A stretch of DNA of 64,000 bases from Chiloscyllium plagiosum (GCF_004010195.1 NC_057728.1:40194918-40258917); one strand, 5' to 3'; numbered from the stretch's first letter, positions 24,796 through 37,074 are shown. Translations and numbers: made by a program. The notes: generated by a model not told the origin, from the letters alone.

Positions 24796-25104
24796 ACTTT
24801 CACTTCTCTTTCAGTAGTAAAATGATTATTTGACACCACGCCAAGGAGTACTCTCTGTGATTTCTGTGTTCAAACTCTTAACCACGCCAAATACCTTTTG
24901 AGTTACAGGGCCAGCTAAAGGTGACCTATATAAGTGAAAGGGGCTCTCCCCATCACTCCGCTGCAATTAAAGAGAAGAAAGAAACGGAAATTTTTAAGCA
25001 ATTGCCCCACATTCCTGTGCGTGTGCTGGGAAGGGGAATCTGAACACACCATATTTCTAAAATGCGACACAGCGGGAGAATCCCTTGCTATCCCAGTCTA
25101 TAAA
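24796..25104 (+). promoter_or_regulatory. Candidate cytokine/interferon promoter: IRF sites, NF-kB-like sites, TATA box
   Basis: ACTGAAAGAGAAGTGAAAGT on - strand 24796-24815; AAGTGAAAG overlapping GGGGCTCTCCCC 24932-24951; GAAACGGAAA 24981-24990; GGGAGAATCCC 25074-25084; TATAAA 25099-25104, 76 nt before the ATG. Confidence 0.75.
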
Positions 25105-25180
25105 TGAGAGAAGTCACAGGCTTCCAAATCGCTGTTGGTGAAAGAGACAGTGTATAGACAGAACCGTTGTATATAATAGC

Positions 25181-25318
25181 ATGTTATCACTGGCTGCTTG
25201 CCTCCTACTGGCTTCCATCCTGGGTATTGTAAGAAACCATGTGTCGCCCTGCAAACCCAAAGTACAAGATGAGCTGATCAAAGACTTTTGCTCGTGTGTA
25301 GAAAGGGTCAGCAAGCAG
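25181..25318 (+). CDS. Cytokine exon 1 (signal peptide + helix A), 46 codons
   Basis: agcATG start, hydrophobic leader, donor CAG|GTGAGT at 25319. Confidence 0.88.
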
Positions 25319-28300
25319 GTGAGTCACTTTGATTTATCTTCCAGCATGATTTTAATCACATTTCGAATTTCAGGGGAAAAGAAAATGAAAAATTGATTTT
25401 TAAAACAACGTGATTTTAGTCCAGAGTCTTTTTCAATGTTGAGATTATGGAGTGCATTTGGATATTTCAGTTATGTTCTCGATGGGTGAACATTTTCCTT
25501 GTGTGTAAAGTGAATTTTAAAAAATAATGTGTTCTTTGCCTTTTAACAACCACTTGGTTAAAGAATGGTTCTTTGCACATGGAGGAAAACAGCTTTTCTC
25601 ACTGTTCTACCTTTCCAGGCCAGAGGCACCAATCAGCGAATTCTACCACAATTGTGCGACTTTGTGAATATGACAGTAAGTTTAATTATGCTCAAAAAAG
25701 TCTGATGTTGTTAGATATAGATCCCTCGGTCATTTTGTATCATCAAATGTTCACGATTACTTTCCAGAGCAAGGGCAAATGTACTGTGATGAAGAAGGCT
25801 TTGGGGTTCTATCGTTGTTATCTGGGAAAAAGTTTTAAAAAACTATCCTTATCTGAAGAAATCAAAAAGGATCTATCAAACATAGAGAATTACATCCACA
25901 AGATAAACGTCAACACAAACTGTGTAAGTTTGCTTTATTTTTCCATATTAAACTTTCTATGTAAGCACTCTTTCAACATTGCAGTTAATTTTGACAAGGC
26001 TGACTTCTGAACAGAGATGTAAAAGCTGACAGTATATCATATTTACTGTATACTGTTTTAATTTTGGAGTCAGACTTAGTTCCCCAGATATTGGACTTTT
26101 GGTGCACTTCACTACACATTAGGATTTCATTTTAATTGCCCACACTGGTTCTGAAGTGCATAACAACTTATGAATGAATAAACAAAAACTTAGATTAATC
26201 CTCTCTCAGTCTTCTACATTCCAACAAATACAAGCCCAGTCGATCTATTCTTTCCTCATATGTTAGCCCTGTCATCCTGGGCATCATTCTGGTGAATCTT
26301 CGTTAGACTCCCTCAATAACAAGAATGTCCATCCTCAGGCTAGGAGACCAAAACATCATGCATGGTGTGGCCTCACCAAAGCCCTGTACACCTACAGCAA
26401 GACATCCTTACTCAAATCATCTTGCCATGAAGGAAAAAAATGCCATTAGCTTTCCTCACAGCCTTCACCCCCTGCATGTCAACCTTCAGTGACTGTTCCA
26501 CCATGATATCCAGGTCTCATTACACCTTGTGTTGTCCTAAACTACCACAATTCATAAAATAATCTGCCTTCCTGTTTTTCTGTGACTAAAGTGGAGAACC
26601 TCACATTTATCCACATTATATTGCACTTGCCAAATATTTGCTCACTCAGCCAGTCTGTCCAAGCCACCTTGCAGACCTCTTAGCCTCCTTCTCACAGCAC
26701 ACACTACCACCCAGCTTAGTGTCATCTGCAAATTTGGAAATATGGCCTTCAATTCCTTCGTCTAAATTGTTAATGTTTATCGTGAACAGCTGAGATCCCA
26801 GGACTGAACCCTGTGGCACCCCACTTATCACTGCCTGTCACTCTGAAAAGGACATGTTTATTTCAACTCTCTGCTTTCTGTCTGCCAATACATTACCTCC
26901 GATACCATGATCTTTAATTTTCCTTTCTAAACTCTCGTGTGGAACCTTGTCAAAACCTTCTGAAAGTTCAGATGCACAACATCTACTGATTCACCATTGT
27001 GTCCTCTACTGGTCACATCCTCAAAGAAATTTCAGAAGATTTGTCAAGCATGATTTCCCATTGGTGAATCTAAGCTGACTAGGACTGATTCTGTCACTGC
27101 TTTCCAAAAGCTCAGTTATTACATACTTAATGATTGACTCCAGCATTCTCCCCATCACCAATGTCAGGCTAATTGGCCTATAATTCCTCGTTTTCTCTCT
27201 CCCTCCTGTTTAAAGAGTGGAGTTACATTAGTTCCCTCCAGTCCATTGTAACTCTTCATGAGTCTACACGATGCTGGAAAATGATCACCAATGCATCTGC
27301 TATTTCTAGGGTCACTTCCTTAGGTAATATGGAAGGACAGCATCAGTCCCTAGGGACTTATTAGGTTTTAATACTATCAATTTCCCGAATACCATTTCCT
27401 GACTAATAAGGATTTTCTTCAGTTCCTCCTTCATGCTTGATCCTCTGTTCCTTAGCATTTCCTGAAGATTATTTGTGTCCTTCCTAGTGAAGACAGATCG
27501 AAAGCATTTGTTCAGCTGGTCTGTCATCTCTTTGTTGTCCATTATGAATTCATCTGATTCTAACTGCAAAGGACCTACATTGATCTTCACCAGTCTTTTT
27601 CACTTCACACGTCTATAAAAGTTTTTGTAGGTAGTTTTTATGCTTTCCGCAACCTTGTTTTCATATTCTATTTCCCCTTTCTGAATTAAACATTTTGTCC
27701 TCCAATGCTGAATTTTAAATTTTTCCCAGTCCTCAGGTTTGTGTTCTTTTGGCCAATTTATTTGCCTCCTCTTTGGGTCTGATTTCCCTTGTTGGCCATT
27801 GTTGAGCCACCTTGCCTGTTTTACTCTTACACCAGGTAGGGATTTACAATTGTTGAAGTTCATCCATGTGTTCTTTAAATGTCAGCCATTGCCTATCCAC
27901 TATCAACCCCTAAAGTATCCTTGGCCAGTTTATCCTGGCCAATGAATGCTTTATACCATCAAAGTTAGCTTTCTTTAAGTTCAGGACCCAAGTTTGAGAT
28001 TTAATTGTGTTACTTTTCATCTTAATGAAGAATTATAGAACGAATATTATAGTCATTCTCTCCCAAAGTATCTCACACAACAATATTGCTAATTAATCCT
28101 TTCTTGTTACACAATACCAAGTCTGGGGTGGCTTGCTCTCCAGTTGGTTCCTCAACACATTGGTCAAGGAAACCATCGCTCATACATTCCAGGAAATCCT
28201 CTTCCATCACATTGCAACCAGTTTGGTTAGTCCAATCAAAATGTAGATTAAAGTCACCCATAATAACTGCTGTCGCCTTACTGCTGACATCTCTAATTTC

Positions 28301-31300
28301 CTGTTTGATACAGTCCCCAACATCACAACTATTGTTTGGTAGTCTGTACATAACTCCCACTAATGTCTTTTTACCTTTGGTGTTCCCAAGTCCACTCATA
28401 CAGATTCCACATCCTCCCAGGCTAACATCCTCCCTTACTATTGTGTTAATCTCCTCCTTAATGCTACCCCATTTCTTTTTCCTTTCTCTCTATCTCTCCT
28501 GAAAATTGAATAACCCTGGATGTTGAGTTCCCATCCTTGGTCACCCTTTATATCATACACCAATCAAGGCACCTTCCTAATTTAACATCTGTGCCACCTC
28601 AAAGGACAAGGGCAGCAGAGGTAAGGGAGCATCACCACCTACAACGTTCCCCTTCCAAGCCAACAATATTCTTCCACTGTCTCTGGATCAAAACCCCTAC
28701 AATTCCCTTCCTAACAGCACAATGTGTATACCTGTTATGCACAGACTGCAGCAGTTCAAAACATGCCACTATTAGTTTCTCAAGGGCAACTAGGGATGGG
28801 TAATGAATACTGATCCTGCCAGTGACACATTCCCTGAATTTTTTTAAAAAACTCCTCTATTTAGAAACCTCAGGATCACTAATTGACTACCTGATAGTTA
28901 AAAGCCATTCATCGTAATGAAATATTTAATAACACTTCATGACAAGCAAAGAACTGCGAGGTATAGAAATGCTAGGGGAGCAATCAGAATCTGTTCTCTT
29001 CTGATTTATCACATTGTGGATGATGAGACAAGGCATCCAACCAGTTCCTCATGTGTCTATAGTAGTGCAGTTTGGCCGAAGTACTTACATAGTCAAGTTT
29101 TCAAAGCTCCTCTTTCTGGTGATTACACAAAATCTGACACCAAGCCATATAAGTAGAAATTAAGTGTGACCCAGATTAGTTTAATTGATAAACATTAGAG
29201 GAGAAACAAGTACTACATAAATAGATTTATCACCAGCTGCTAATAATACCAACAGGATTTTGAGCCTTTGCTCACTTAATGAATCAGTGTAATAACATAA
29301 TCAGATAATAATTAAAAAGCTCTTTCTGATAACGATCACCAAGGAAGCTTATAATCTTTATCAAATTGTATCTGTAATTTTCATCATAGCATTATTTGTC
29401 ATTTATTACTTCTGAAACCAGATCTCTAGCATTCAAAAATGAAAATGTGTATGTACAGTATTCCACATCAATGTCTGTGTGAGCAAGTATATCCATTGTT
29501 AAGATTAACATGATCTAATATTGTTGATGATTTTATGATAAGGTATTGCTCATTAGAAACAACAAAAATGCATCTGTTTTAAATCACTGTTTATTAACTT
29601 TCAGAGACAATGTAAGCCATCGAAAGATCCTGCAGCAGAAAAAATCAAGAAGCAGTTAAAAAAACAGAAGCGAATGGTAATGGGATCCTTACAAACTACA
29701 GTTCACCTATTTTAGATTTGATAAAGGAACAGCCTGAGATGTAGTTTATCATTCTGAAAGTATTACTTAGTTTACTCTCTTTTTTAAAATTCTCTTGTGG
29801 GATATGGATATTGCTGGCTGGCCAGTGTTGGTTGCCCATCCCAAGTTGCCTTTGAACTGATTAGCTTGTTATGTCATTTCAGAGAATAATTGATTCAACC
29901 ACATTGCTGTGGGTCTGGAGTTATATGTAGGCCAGACCAGGTGAAGATGGCAGATTTCCTTTACTGAAGGACATTAGTGAACCAGATGGATTTTTCCTGA
30001 CATCGGCAATGTTTTTGTGGCCATCAGTGGATTCTTAATTCCAGTTTTTTTTTTACTGAATTCACATTCCACCATCTGCTGTGGCAGGATTCAAACCCGG
30101 GTCCCCAGAACATTAACATCGATTTCATCAATTTCCTCATCTCCCCTCCCCCAGTTCATCCTAGATCCAACCTTCCAACTTGACACCGCCCTCTGGAACT
30201 GTCCCATCTGTCCACCTTCTTTCCCACCTATCCACCCCACCCTCTGCTCCAACCTATTACCATCACCCTGCCCCTTGCATCTATCACCTTCGAGCTACCT
30301 GCCAACCCAGCCCCACACACCTCCTCCTACTTACCTTTCAGTCCCCTTTCCTCACCCTCTCCCTTCCACATTCCTAATGAAGGGTCTATGCCTTAAACAA
30401 AGACTCTGCTGCTCCTTGGATGCTGCCTGATCTTACCTGCTGTGTTTTTCCAGTGCCACACTTTTTGACTCCCCAGAACATTCGCTAACTTTCTAGATTA
30501 ATAACCCAACGATATTACCACCAAGCCATCGCTTCCCCCCACCTTGCCTGAAAACCTTTAAATTGCCAGTTTTATTAATGTGTATGGTTAAGGCCATTAG
30601 GTGTGTTCACAGCTTGATCAGTGAGCTGTGAATAAATAAAACCAATTTAAACACCTTTTAGATTTGTCAGTGTTCGAATTTTAAAAATTACCAACAGCAA
30701 AGCTTTAGTTTTAAACAAGATCAAAGGTTAGTATATTACAACCATTTCTGCAAGTGACTAAGAAATGTGGTATAGTTTAGAATATAGATACAAACATTAA
30801 GACCAGATACAGATGAGAAATACTTCTGAAAATAAAAGTCAGGTCGGTTCATTTTTGTTACAGACCTGTTTGCTTGGAGTTTGCTCTTTCTAAGGTAAAA
30901 AGAGTTGAAACCTTGAAGTCAAAGTTCATTAGGCATAATGAGCTTTGGAAGTTGTTGCATAATGCATAGAGCAGGCTTTGAGAAAGAGAGAAACGTTCTT
31001 GTCCCTCACTAACATTTACAGATTGCCTGCACTCTTTTCGAAGATCTTTGGTTGATTTCTGAAAGCATTTGTGTTTTGATCTAAGAACTCTCATCTCTGG
31101 TGGTGTTGTCTTTCCTAACTTTCTGGAGATTAAAATGGTGTCTCACAGCTTTATCAACCTCGAGAAAACAGTGAAGCTAATGTTTTATGAATCATTGCCC
31201 TGTGAAGTAGTCAATTTTACTAAACTTCCCTATTGGATGTTCTTCTAGTCTCTTAAAAATCTTGAATTCTACATTCTTCCTTTTTTGATTGCTGTTGAGT

Positions 31301-34300
31301 TAACACACCAAATGCAGCATTTAAATCAGCATTTCTACTTTTTCTGGTGGAATGTGACTCAAGAAGGATCAACCAAGTGACTTCTGGCAGCCATGTTTTC
31401 AATGCTGTATCTATTTAAAGTAATATAAAAATTAAAGATTTTTAAATAAATTATACAACATTATAACAGATAGTGACATTACTTTTACTAATTGAAAAGT
31501 GGGGAGATGGTGATATAATGGTAATATCATTGTATAGTTTACTTGGACATGAATAAAGGTTTCTTCATAGGAAATATTGAATGTCTTTTAAAAAATACAT
31601 GAGCATTTCAAAAGGCTTGCTAATGTTAATATAGAGCCCATTGAGTCTGTACCTAATAGGTACAGCAAGGACACTTGAAAGGCACAGCAGATAGCAATGT
31701 GAAAATCAAACTGCTACATTGAAAACATTATTGAGTAATCATAAACTTTACAGTAAAGTTAGCAAGAGGGAAACACTGGTGTAGTAGTAACGTCATTGGA
31801 CTAGGCATGCAAAGTCTCAGGGAAATGTTGTGGAGACATAAGTTGAAATCACACCACAACAAATGGTGACATTTAAATTCAATTTAGAATCGAGAATTAA
31901 ATGTTAAACTCATTAATGGTTATCTGAAACTATTGTTGCGCAAATCCATCTGGTTCACTGATGATATTTAGAGAAGGAAGTCTCCATCATTATGTAGTCT
32001 CGCCTATATGTGACCCTGGACTCAGATTTGTGGTCAACTCTCAACTGTCCTTTGTAATGTCAACAAGCTAATCAATTCAAAGGAAGTTAGTGATGGACAA
32101 GAAGTGCTGGCCTTGCCAGTGCTGTCCATATCCCATGGATTAAAAAAAGTTTGCAATTCAAAAGTTAGGTGGATGATAACTACATATAAATTTATAGATT
32201 ATAGTTATTTCCACAGAAAGCTGTGAAGACCAGGTCATTGAGTATATTTAAGATGGAAATAGATAGGTTCTTGATTGTCAAGGGGATCAAGGGTTATAGT
32301 GAGAAAGAGGAAGAATGGGGTTCCATTATTGAATGGTGGAGCAGATTCAATGGACTGAATGACCTACTTTCTGCTCCTATGCCTTATGCTTTAGTAATAA
32401 TTAAAAGAATATTGCTGAATTGAACTTACACAATCTATTTATCATGGATAACTACTCCTAAATTAATTCACTTACCCTGGCTTCTAGTGTTGGAGTTATT
32501 ATTAACTGCCTTGTATATATTTAACAGCAAGCCAAAATTGTCAATTGACTGCAAATATTGCATGCTCAGCTAAGTTATCAGATTTGTCATCTTCCATTAC
32601 TGCTGGTGCTCTCCTGATACCTGTGGAATGGCTGTACAGCAGTAGATCAGTCATAGCAAAGCCACTTTCTGTATGAAAGTTGCAGAAACCTTGGTGCTGC
32701 TTTGCCCTTTGGCAGCCTTTACACCTTTTTATTTTGGATCTAGATTGGAGCTAAAGTATTGTTACTGTCAGAGATGGGATTCCATTGGCATCTCTCGGTC
32801 ATACAATTTGTGAACTTTGCAACTCCAATTCTTTATTATTGGGTTCTAAATTATGACCATTCATATTACCAATATAGGCAGTACAATTAAAATCACAAAA
32901 GCATCAGATTGTGAGTAAAGAGAAACTGTTTTCAATGGCTGAAGTTTAGCTAACTGCAGGGCACCAGTTTATAGTGGCATAAACACAAGAGGAGGCACAA
33001 GGACTTTTTAAACGCAGTGAGCAGTTAGGATTTAGAATTCACAATTACTGATGAATACTGATTCAATTGTAGCTTTCAAAGGAGAATTGGTAATTATTGG
33101 ATAGAAGAAAATATTGCACTAAGATAGGGAGTGGGTGGGTTAGTTGGACTTTTTTGGATGGTTTAAATGGTCAATGATCAGAGTCAGTGATCCAAATAGC
33201 CTCCTTCTGTGCTGTGATATTCTGATTCTTTGATTTCCCCTTACTCATTGTTGCAGTAGCACCTCTTGTGCTCGGAACCATCTGAATGCCGTAAGCCTAT
33301 AATTACCTGCCACGTTCTGTTTCTCCTGTCATGCCCCATTGAGGTAGCATGCAAGAAGTCAAGCCCTGCTACTTCCAGAGTCACCATAAAAGTTAAAGAT
33401 TTCATTAAAGAATGCAAAGTTACTTGTCTTTTAGACCCAAGTTGACAGAAAGCGAGGACAATATTTCTGTACTTAACAAGGAACACTATTTATTTACAAA
33501 TTAATAGATCCTAACCACACTTATAAACAATTATAAACTATTCATATATAATCCTATGAGTTAAAAACTTTAATCCTTTTTATAAACATCCCCTAAACAT
33601 ATTTATAGTCATAGACATAAACATAGGTGTTATGGATGGAGGGAAGATAACTGGAAAGGTAGGTCAATGAGCTCTGTTCTTAGGATTCACTGAAATGCTT
33701 GTTTTAGCTTGTTGCTCTGCAATCTTCCTTTTCCAGGCACTTTAACTCACTCACAGGAAACACAGAATGACTAGTTCATACTTATCAAGTCTCCTGCATA
33801 CTAGTTAAAACCTACAGCTTACAGCAATTCATGAGGGAAATAAACTTGTTTTCTTCAGGCCTGAACTGTTTCTCACTATAGACAGAGGATAGCTTCTCTC
33901 TTTTAGGAGGTTCAATTATGCTCTGACCAAACATTTACACTCACAAACAGTTCCACTACCTGGAAACCAAAAACGAAGTTGTTGAAGGCTTTTGAAATTG
34001 TTAACTGGTTACCATTTAAGAGATCAACCAGCTACTTGTGGCTGGCCAAATCTCCCTTCATACACTCCCCAATTCAGCTTTAGTCAGCCCCTCTCCCTCC
34101 CCTTTGTTTAGCCAAACTACGGTGTAAACAACATTTATAACGTGTGTCAGGCAACTTTCTTTTGAAAAGTGTAGCAATCCTGTCAACAATCTTTAGTTTT
34201 TAAAAACCCACTTCTGTCCACATCAAAAAAAGTACAGAAAAATAAAAAGATATGGCTTTTACACTCCAGTTTTCTCTTGTAAGGTAGTGGCTAAGCTCAG

Positions 34301-36011
34301 TAGGATGAATGGTTGGTTTAAGAAGCAGCGTGATGCTAATAGCCTGGATTCAATTCTTATCAGTGGCAAAGGTTATCATGAAGGATGCTGCTTCGCAACC
34401 TCTCCCCTTCCCTGAGGAATGTTGGCCCTCAGATTAAATTGCCTCTTGTTGTCTCTCTCTAATGAGAGAGCAGTCGGCACGGTGGCACAGTGGTTAGCAC
34501 TGCTGCCTCACAGCGCCTGAGACCCGGGTTCAGTTCCCGACTCAGGCGACTGACTGTGTGGAGTTTGCACATTCTCCCCGTGTCTGCGTGGGTTTCCTCC
34601 GGGTGCTCTGGTTTCCTCCCACAGTCCAAAGATGTGCGGGTCAGGTGAATTGGCCATGCTAAATTGCCCGTAGTGTTAGGTTAAAGGGGTAAATGTAGGG
34701 GTATGGGTGGGTTGCGCTTCGGCGGGTCGGTGTGGACTTGTTGGGCCGAAGGGCCTGTTTCCACACTGTAAGTATCTAATCTAATCTAAAATCTAATCAG
34801 TCATATTTTCTGGTAAGACTATGGCAACTTAGTTCCCTGCTCTTTCAATCCTGATCATTTTCACATCTCAAATGACCATTTCAAGTCCATCTTTGTTGCG
34901 GCAACACCTATTGCATTTATTTAAACATTTATTGGGGAGAACATTCCAAAGTCTTTCATGAGCCTGTAAGTGAAAAAAAAAGAGGGCACTGAATCAAAGG
35001 AGATATTAGAGAGTTGGTCAAAAGTTAGTGAAAGATTGGGTTTTGTGAAGACTATGGGAAAGGAGAGGGAGATACATTGGTTTAAGGCGTAATATCCTGA
35101 ATAGAATATGTTATAACTTCACATCACTCAGTCTCATTGCTTTCCATTCACTAGCCAATTAATTTAGAAGTGAAAAGATGAAATTTAAATTTAATATTGG
35201 AGAAGTGATTTAATTTTTTTATTGATAAGAAATTTTATGTTTAACTTGCAACTGTCTTTAAGTAATTCATTCTCGTTGTATACTTCAGCTGAAATCTGGG
35301 GAGTAAAGAGAGCTCTGGCCCAGTTGTCTGGTGATGCTGGTAGTGTTGGAGTGAAACGTGCACTGTTGTACCTGTTGTCGACATCAAATAATAAACAAAT
35401 CCTGACTACTTTAAAATGTAATGTAATTATAGCAGCAAGGTTACCTGATGATAAAATCGCTCACTTTATAAACAATTGTCAAGAAAGTAGCCAGTATCCA
35501 AAGGCAATTGACTCACTTCCTTGTGAGGAGGGGCTTCTTTTTTTCTGAATGTCTCGTCTTTGTGACCTGTTTATGACATTGCTGACGTATGCCCATTAAT
35601 CCACATCCTAATGATCTATGTGGCAGAGTTTAAGTTGTTTTATTTAGAATTTTGAGTTCACTGATGTTATGGTCAGCAGTCAGTCTATGTTAAATAGACC
35701 ATAATATCTTTACAGTATTCATAGTGTTAGTGAGATATTCTGTATTTTGGGTGATATCTGTAATCTTTGTCAAACTTTGGAGCCTAAAGAGTGGCCATTA
35801 TTTATCACTTTCATCTGCCATCAGAAAGCACAGATAATGGACCTGATAAATTCCAGAAATATCAAATGCTAATTACCTGTTGTTTTTTGTCTAAAATTTC
35901 CAGCTGAAAGATTCATCACATGCCCCTACGTCTGAGATCATCTTTCAACTCTATGCTCTTAGAAATCTCCTTCTCGAAATAACTAACAGGTTGCCTTTCA
36001 CGGGATGTTAA
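25181..36011 (+). CDS. Five-exon class II helical cytokine gene (IL-10/interferon superfamily; best guess type IV IFN-upsilon-like), 176 aa; join 25181-25318, 25619-25675, 25768-25923, 29605-29676, 35904-36011
   Basis: All four introns GT-AG and phase 0; exons of 46/19/52/24/35 codons; signal peptide; spliced protein [176 protein letters not shown]. Confidence 0.85.
25619..25675 (+). CDS. Cytokine exon 2, 19 codons
   Basis: Acceptor ttctacctttccAG|, donor [28 protein letters not shown]. Confidence 0.88.
25768..25923 (+). CDS. Cytokine exon 3, 52 codons
   Basis: Acceptor ttactttccAG|, donor [21 protein letters not shown] motif, ends in Cys. Confidence 0.88.
26190..28545 (-). mobile_element. 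Old CR1-type LINE in intron 3
   Basis: [30 protein letters not shown] in ORFs 28073-28399 and 26646-26831. Confidence 0.9.
28550..28840 (+). mobile_element. 3' end of an L2/CR1-clade LINE
   Basis: Tail 'tctcaagggcaactagggatggg', shared with 46675-47480, 58740-59130 and the SINE family. Confidence 0.6.
29605..29676 (+). CDS. Cytokine exon 4, 24 codons, highly basic
   Basis: Acceptor ttattaactttcAG|, donor [33 protein letters not shown]. Confidence 0.8.
29790..30535 (-). mobile_element. tRNA-derived SINE interrupted by a PLE fragment
   Basis: Same core as 2655 and 22440; resumes after the TSD at 30470. Confidence 0.75.
30115..30469 (+). mobile_element. Penelope 3' fragment with degenerate hammerhead
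   Basis: 13-bp TSD tccccagaacatt at 30102-30114 and 30470-30482; pLTR sequence. Confidence 0.85.
31775..32150 (+). mobile_element. tRNA-derived SINE, same family, degenerate
   Basis: 'ccatctggttcactgatg...gaaggaagtctccatc' core and matching tail. Confidence 0.65.
34283..34830 (+). mobile_element. Old tRNA-derived SINE interrupted by HE1
   Basis: tRNA-like head 'agctcagtagg...ggattcaattc', hairpin ctctctctaatgagagag, resumes after the HE1 copy. Confidence 0.55.
34476..34797 (+). mobile_element. HE1-type V-SINE, young
   Basis: Near-identical to 16366-16683; (ATCTA)n tail; direct repeat CAGTC at 34471-34475 and 34798-34802. Confidence 0.93.
35904..36011 (+). CDS. Cytokine exon 5 (helix F, stop), 35 codons
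   Basis: Acceptor tttgtctaaaatttccAG|; amphipathic [17 protein letters not shown]; terminal Cys then TAA; followed by AT-rich sequence with AATAAA. Confidence 0.78.
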   Translation: MKDSSHAPTSEIIFQLYALRNLLLEITNRLPFTGC

Positions 36012-36625
36012 TCCTCGTAGATATCATTTCCAGTGATCTCACAAGATTTTACTTAGCTCTAAACTGGAAAAATAAAAGAAACCTCATAAAAATAAATGAT
36101 CATTCTGTATTAAGATTGAAGGAACAAGCCAGCCTCAACTTTAACATATGGTATCTTTTAATGATGTACACTCACTGGTCTGTTCTACTGCTCATTTATT
36201 TGATTTGCATGTGATTATTGATCAACTTTTCAAAATTGTGAATGGGAAATTATCTTGGAATGAGAGAGACAGAGATTATGTATAACCTTTTTTCAGACAA
36301 CTGCCATCACTTACTTTCTTTCTTTTTCGTTAGTCAAACCTTCAATGGTTCAGCTTTAAATTCCACCTGTCAATGAGATAGAGTCAGGAAACTAGATTGT
36401 GTAATGATTCTGAAGATTGTGTAATGATTCTGAAAGGGTTAATATTTGTCACATTGACTCCATCCATTCTGGTAATGTCACGCTCAATCTGTGTATGTAA
36501 ATGAGTTTTGAAGGGAAAAGATGTATCTGTTCCAATTCCCTAAGGTTCTCGTAAATATGCCTGAACAAATGTAGTTGTACTTATTACTATCATGTAATAA
36601 AGTTTCTTGTTATTTAAGAAATGTA
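36012..36625 (+). terminator. Putative 3' UTR with polyadenylation signals
   Basis: AATAAA at 36071, 36091 and 36596; ATTTA at 36194; 20-bp tandem duplication 36394-36433. Confidence 0.5.
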
Positions 36626-37074
36626 CCTCTTCTGTAGGTACTCTATAGTGGTGCATTCTTTAATATTAATCAGTAGATAGACCAAGATAAAGCTAATATA
36701 AAGGAGGATGGCTGAAATTGAACTACTCAAATAACTTTTGAACACTACCACAAACTGATAGATGTAGCAAATACAACAAGGTACCAAAAATGGTCAACTT
36801 GAAAATAAACAGATTGAAGAACCTTGAAATCAAATGCTAAATCTCATAAAAGCACCCCTACATTTTCACTAAGTATCTAGGCCATCTAATCCCCTCGTTT
36901 CCAACAGTGTCTGGATTATAAAAAGGAGGCATGGCTCAAGTACAGGCAGCTGGGATCATGGGAATACCTGGATGTATATAAGAGATACAGGAGTTTACTG
37001 AAGAAAGGGGCACAAGATAGCCTTGGTTGAGAAGATTAGGGTGAATTCAAAGAGGCTCTTTAAGTATATTAAAG

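Noticed and set aside
25573..26010. 145-aa ORF as a standalone gene
   Set aside because: It is read-through of introns 1-3; only 25768-25923 is in the coding frame and exon 2 is in another frame
30600..34265. Possible reverse-orientation solo LTRs in intron 4 (~30600-31460 and ~33425-34263), also ~4021-6670
   Set aside because: Composition is LTR-like but termini and TSDs could not be fixed with confidence
35287..35306. Alternative last exon (ttcAG|CTGAAA, same first codons as exon 5) and overlapping ORF 35222-35548 with two GVKRAL motifs
   Set aside because: In phase 0 it yields only LKSGE-stop with no helix F; the longer ORF has no recognisable similarity; cannot be supported without transcripts
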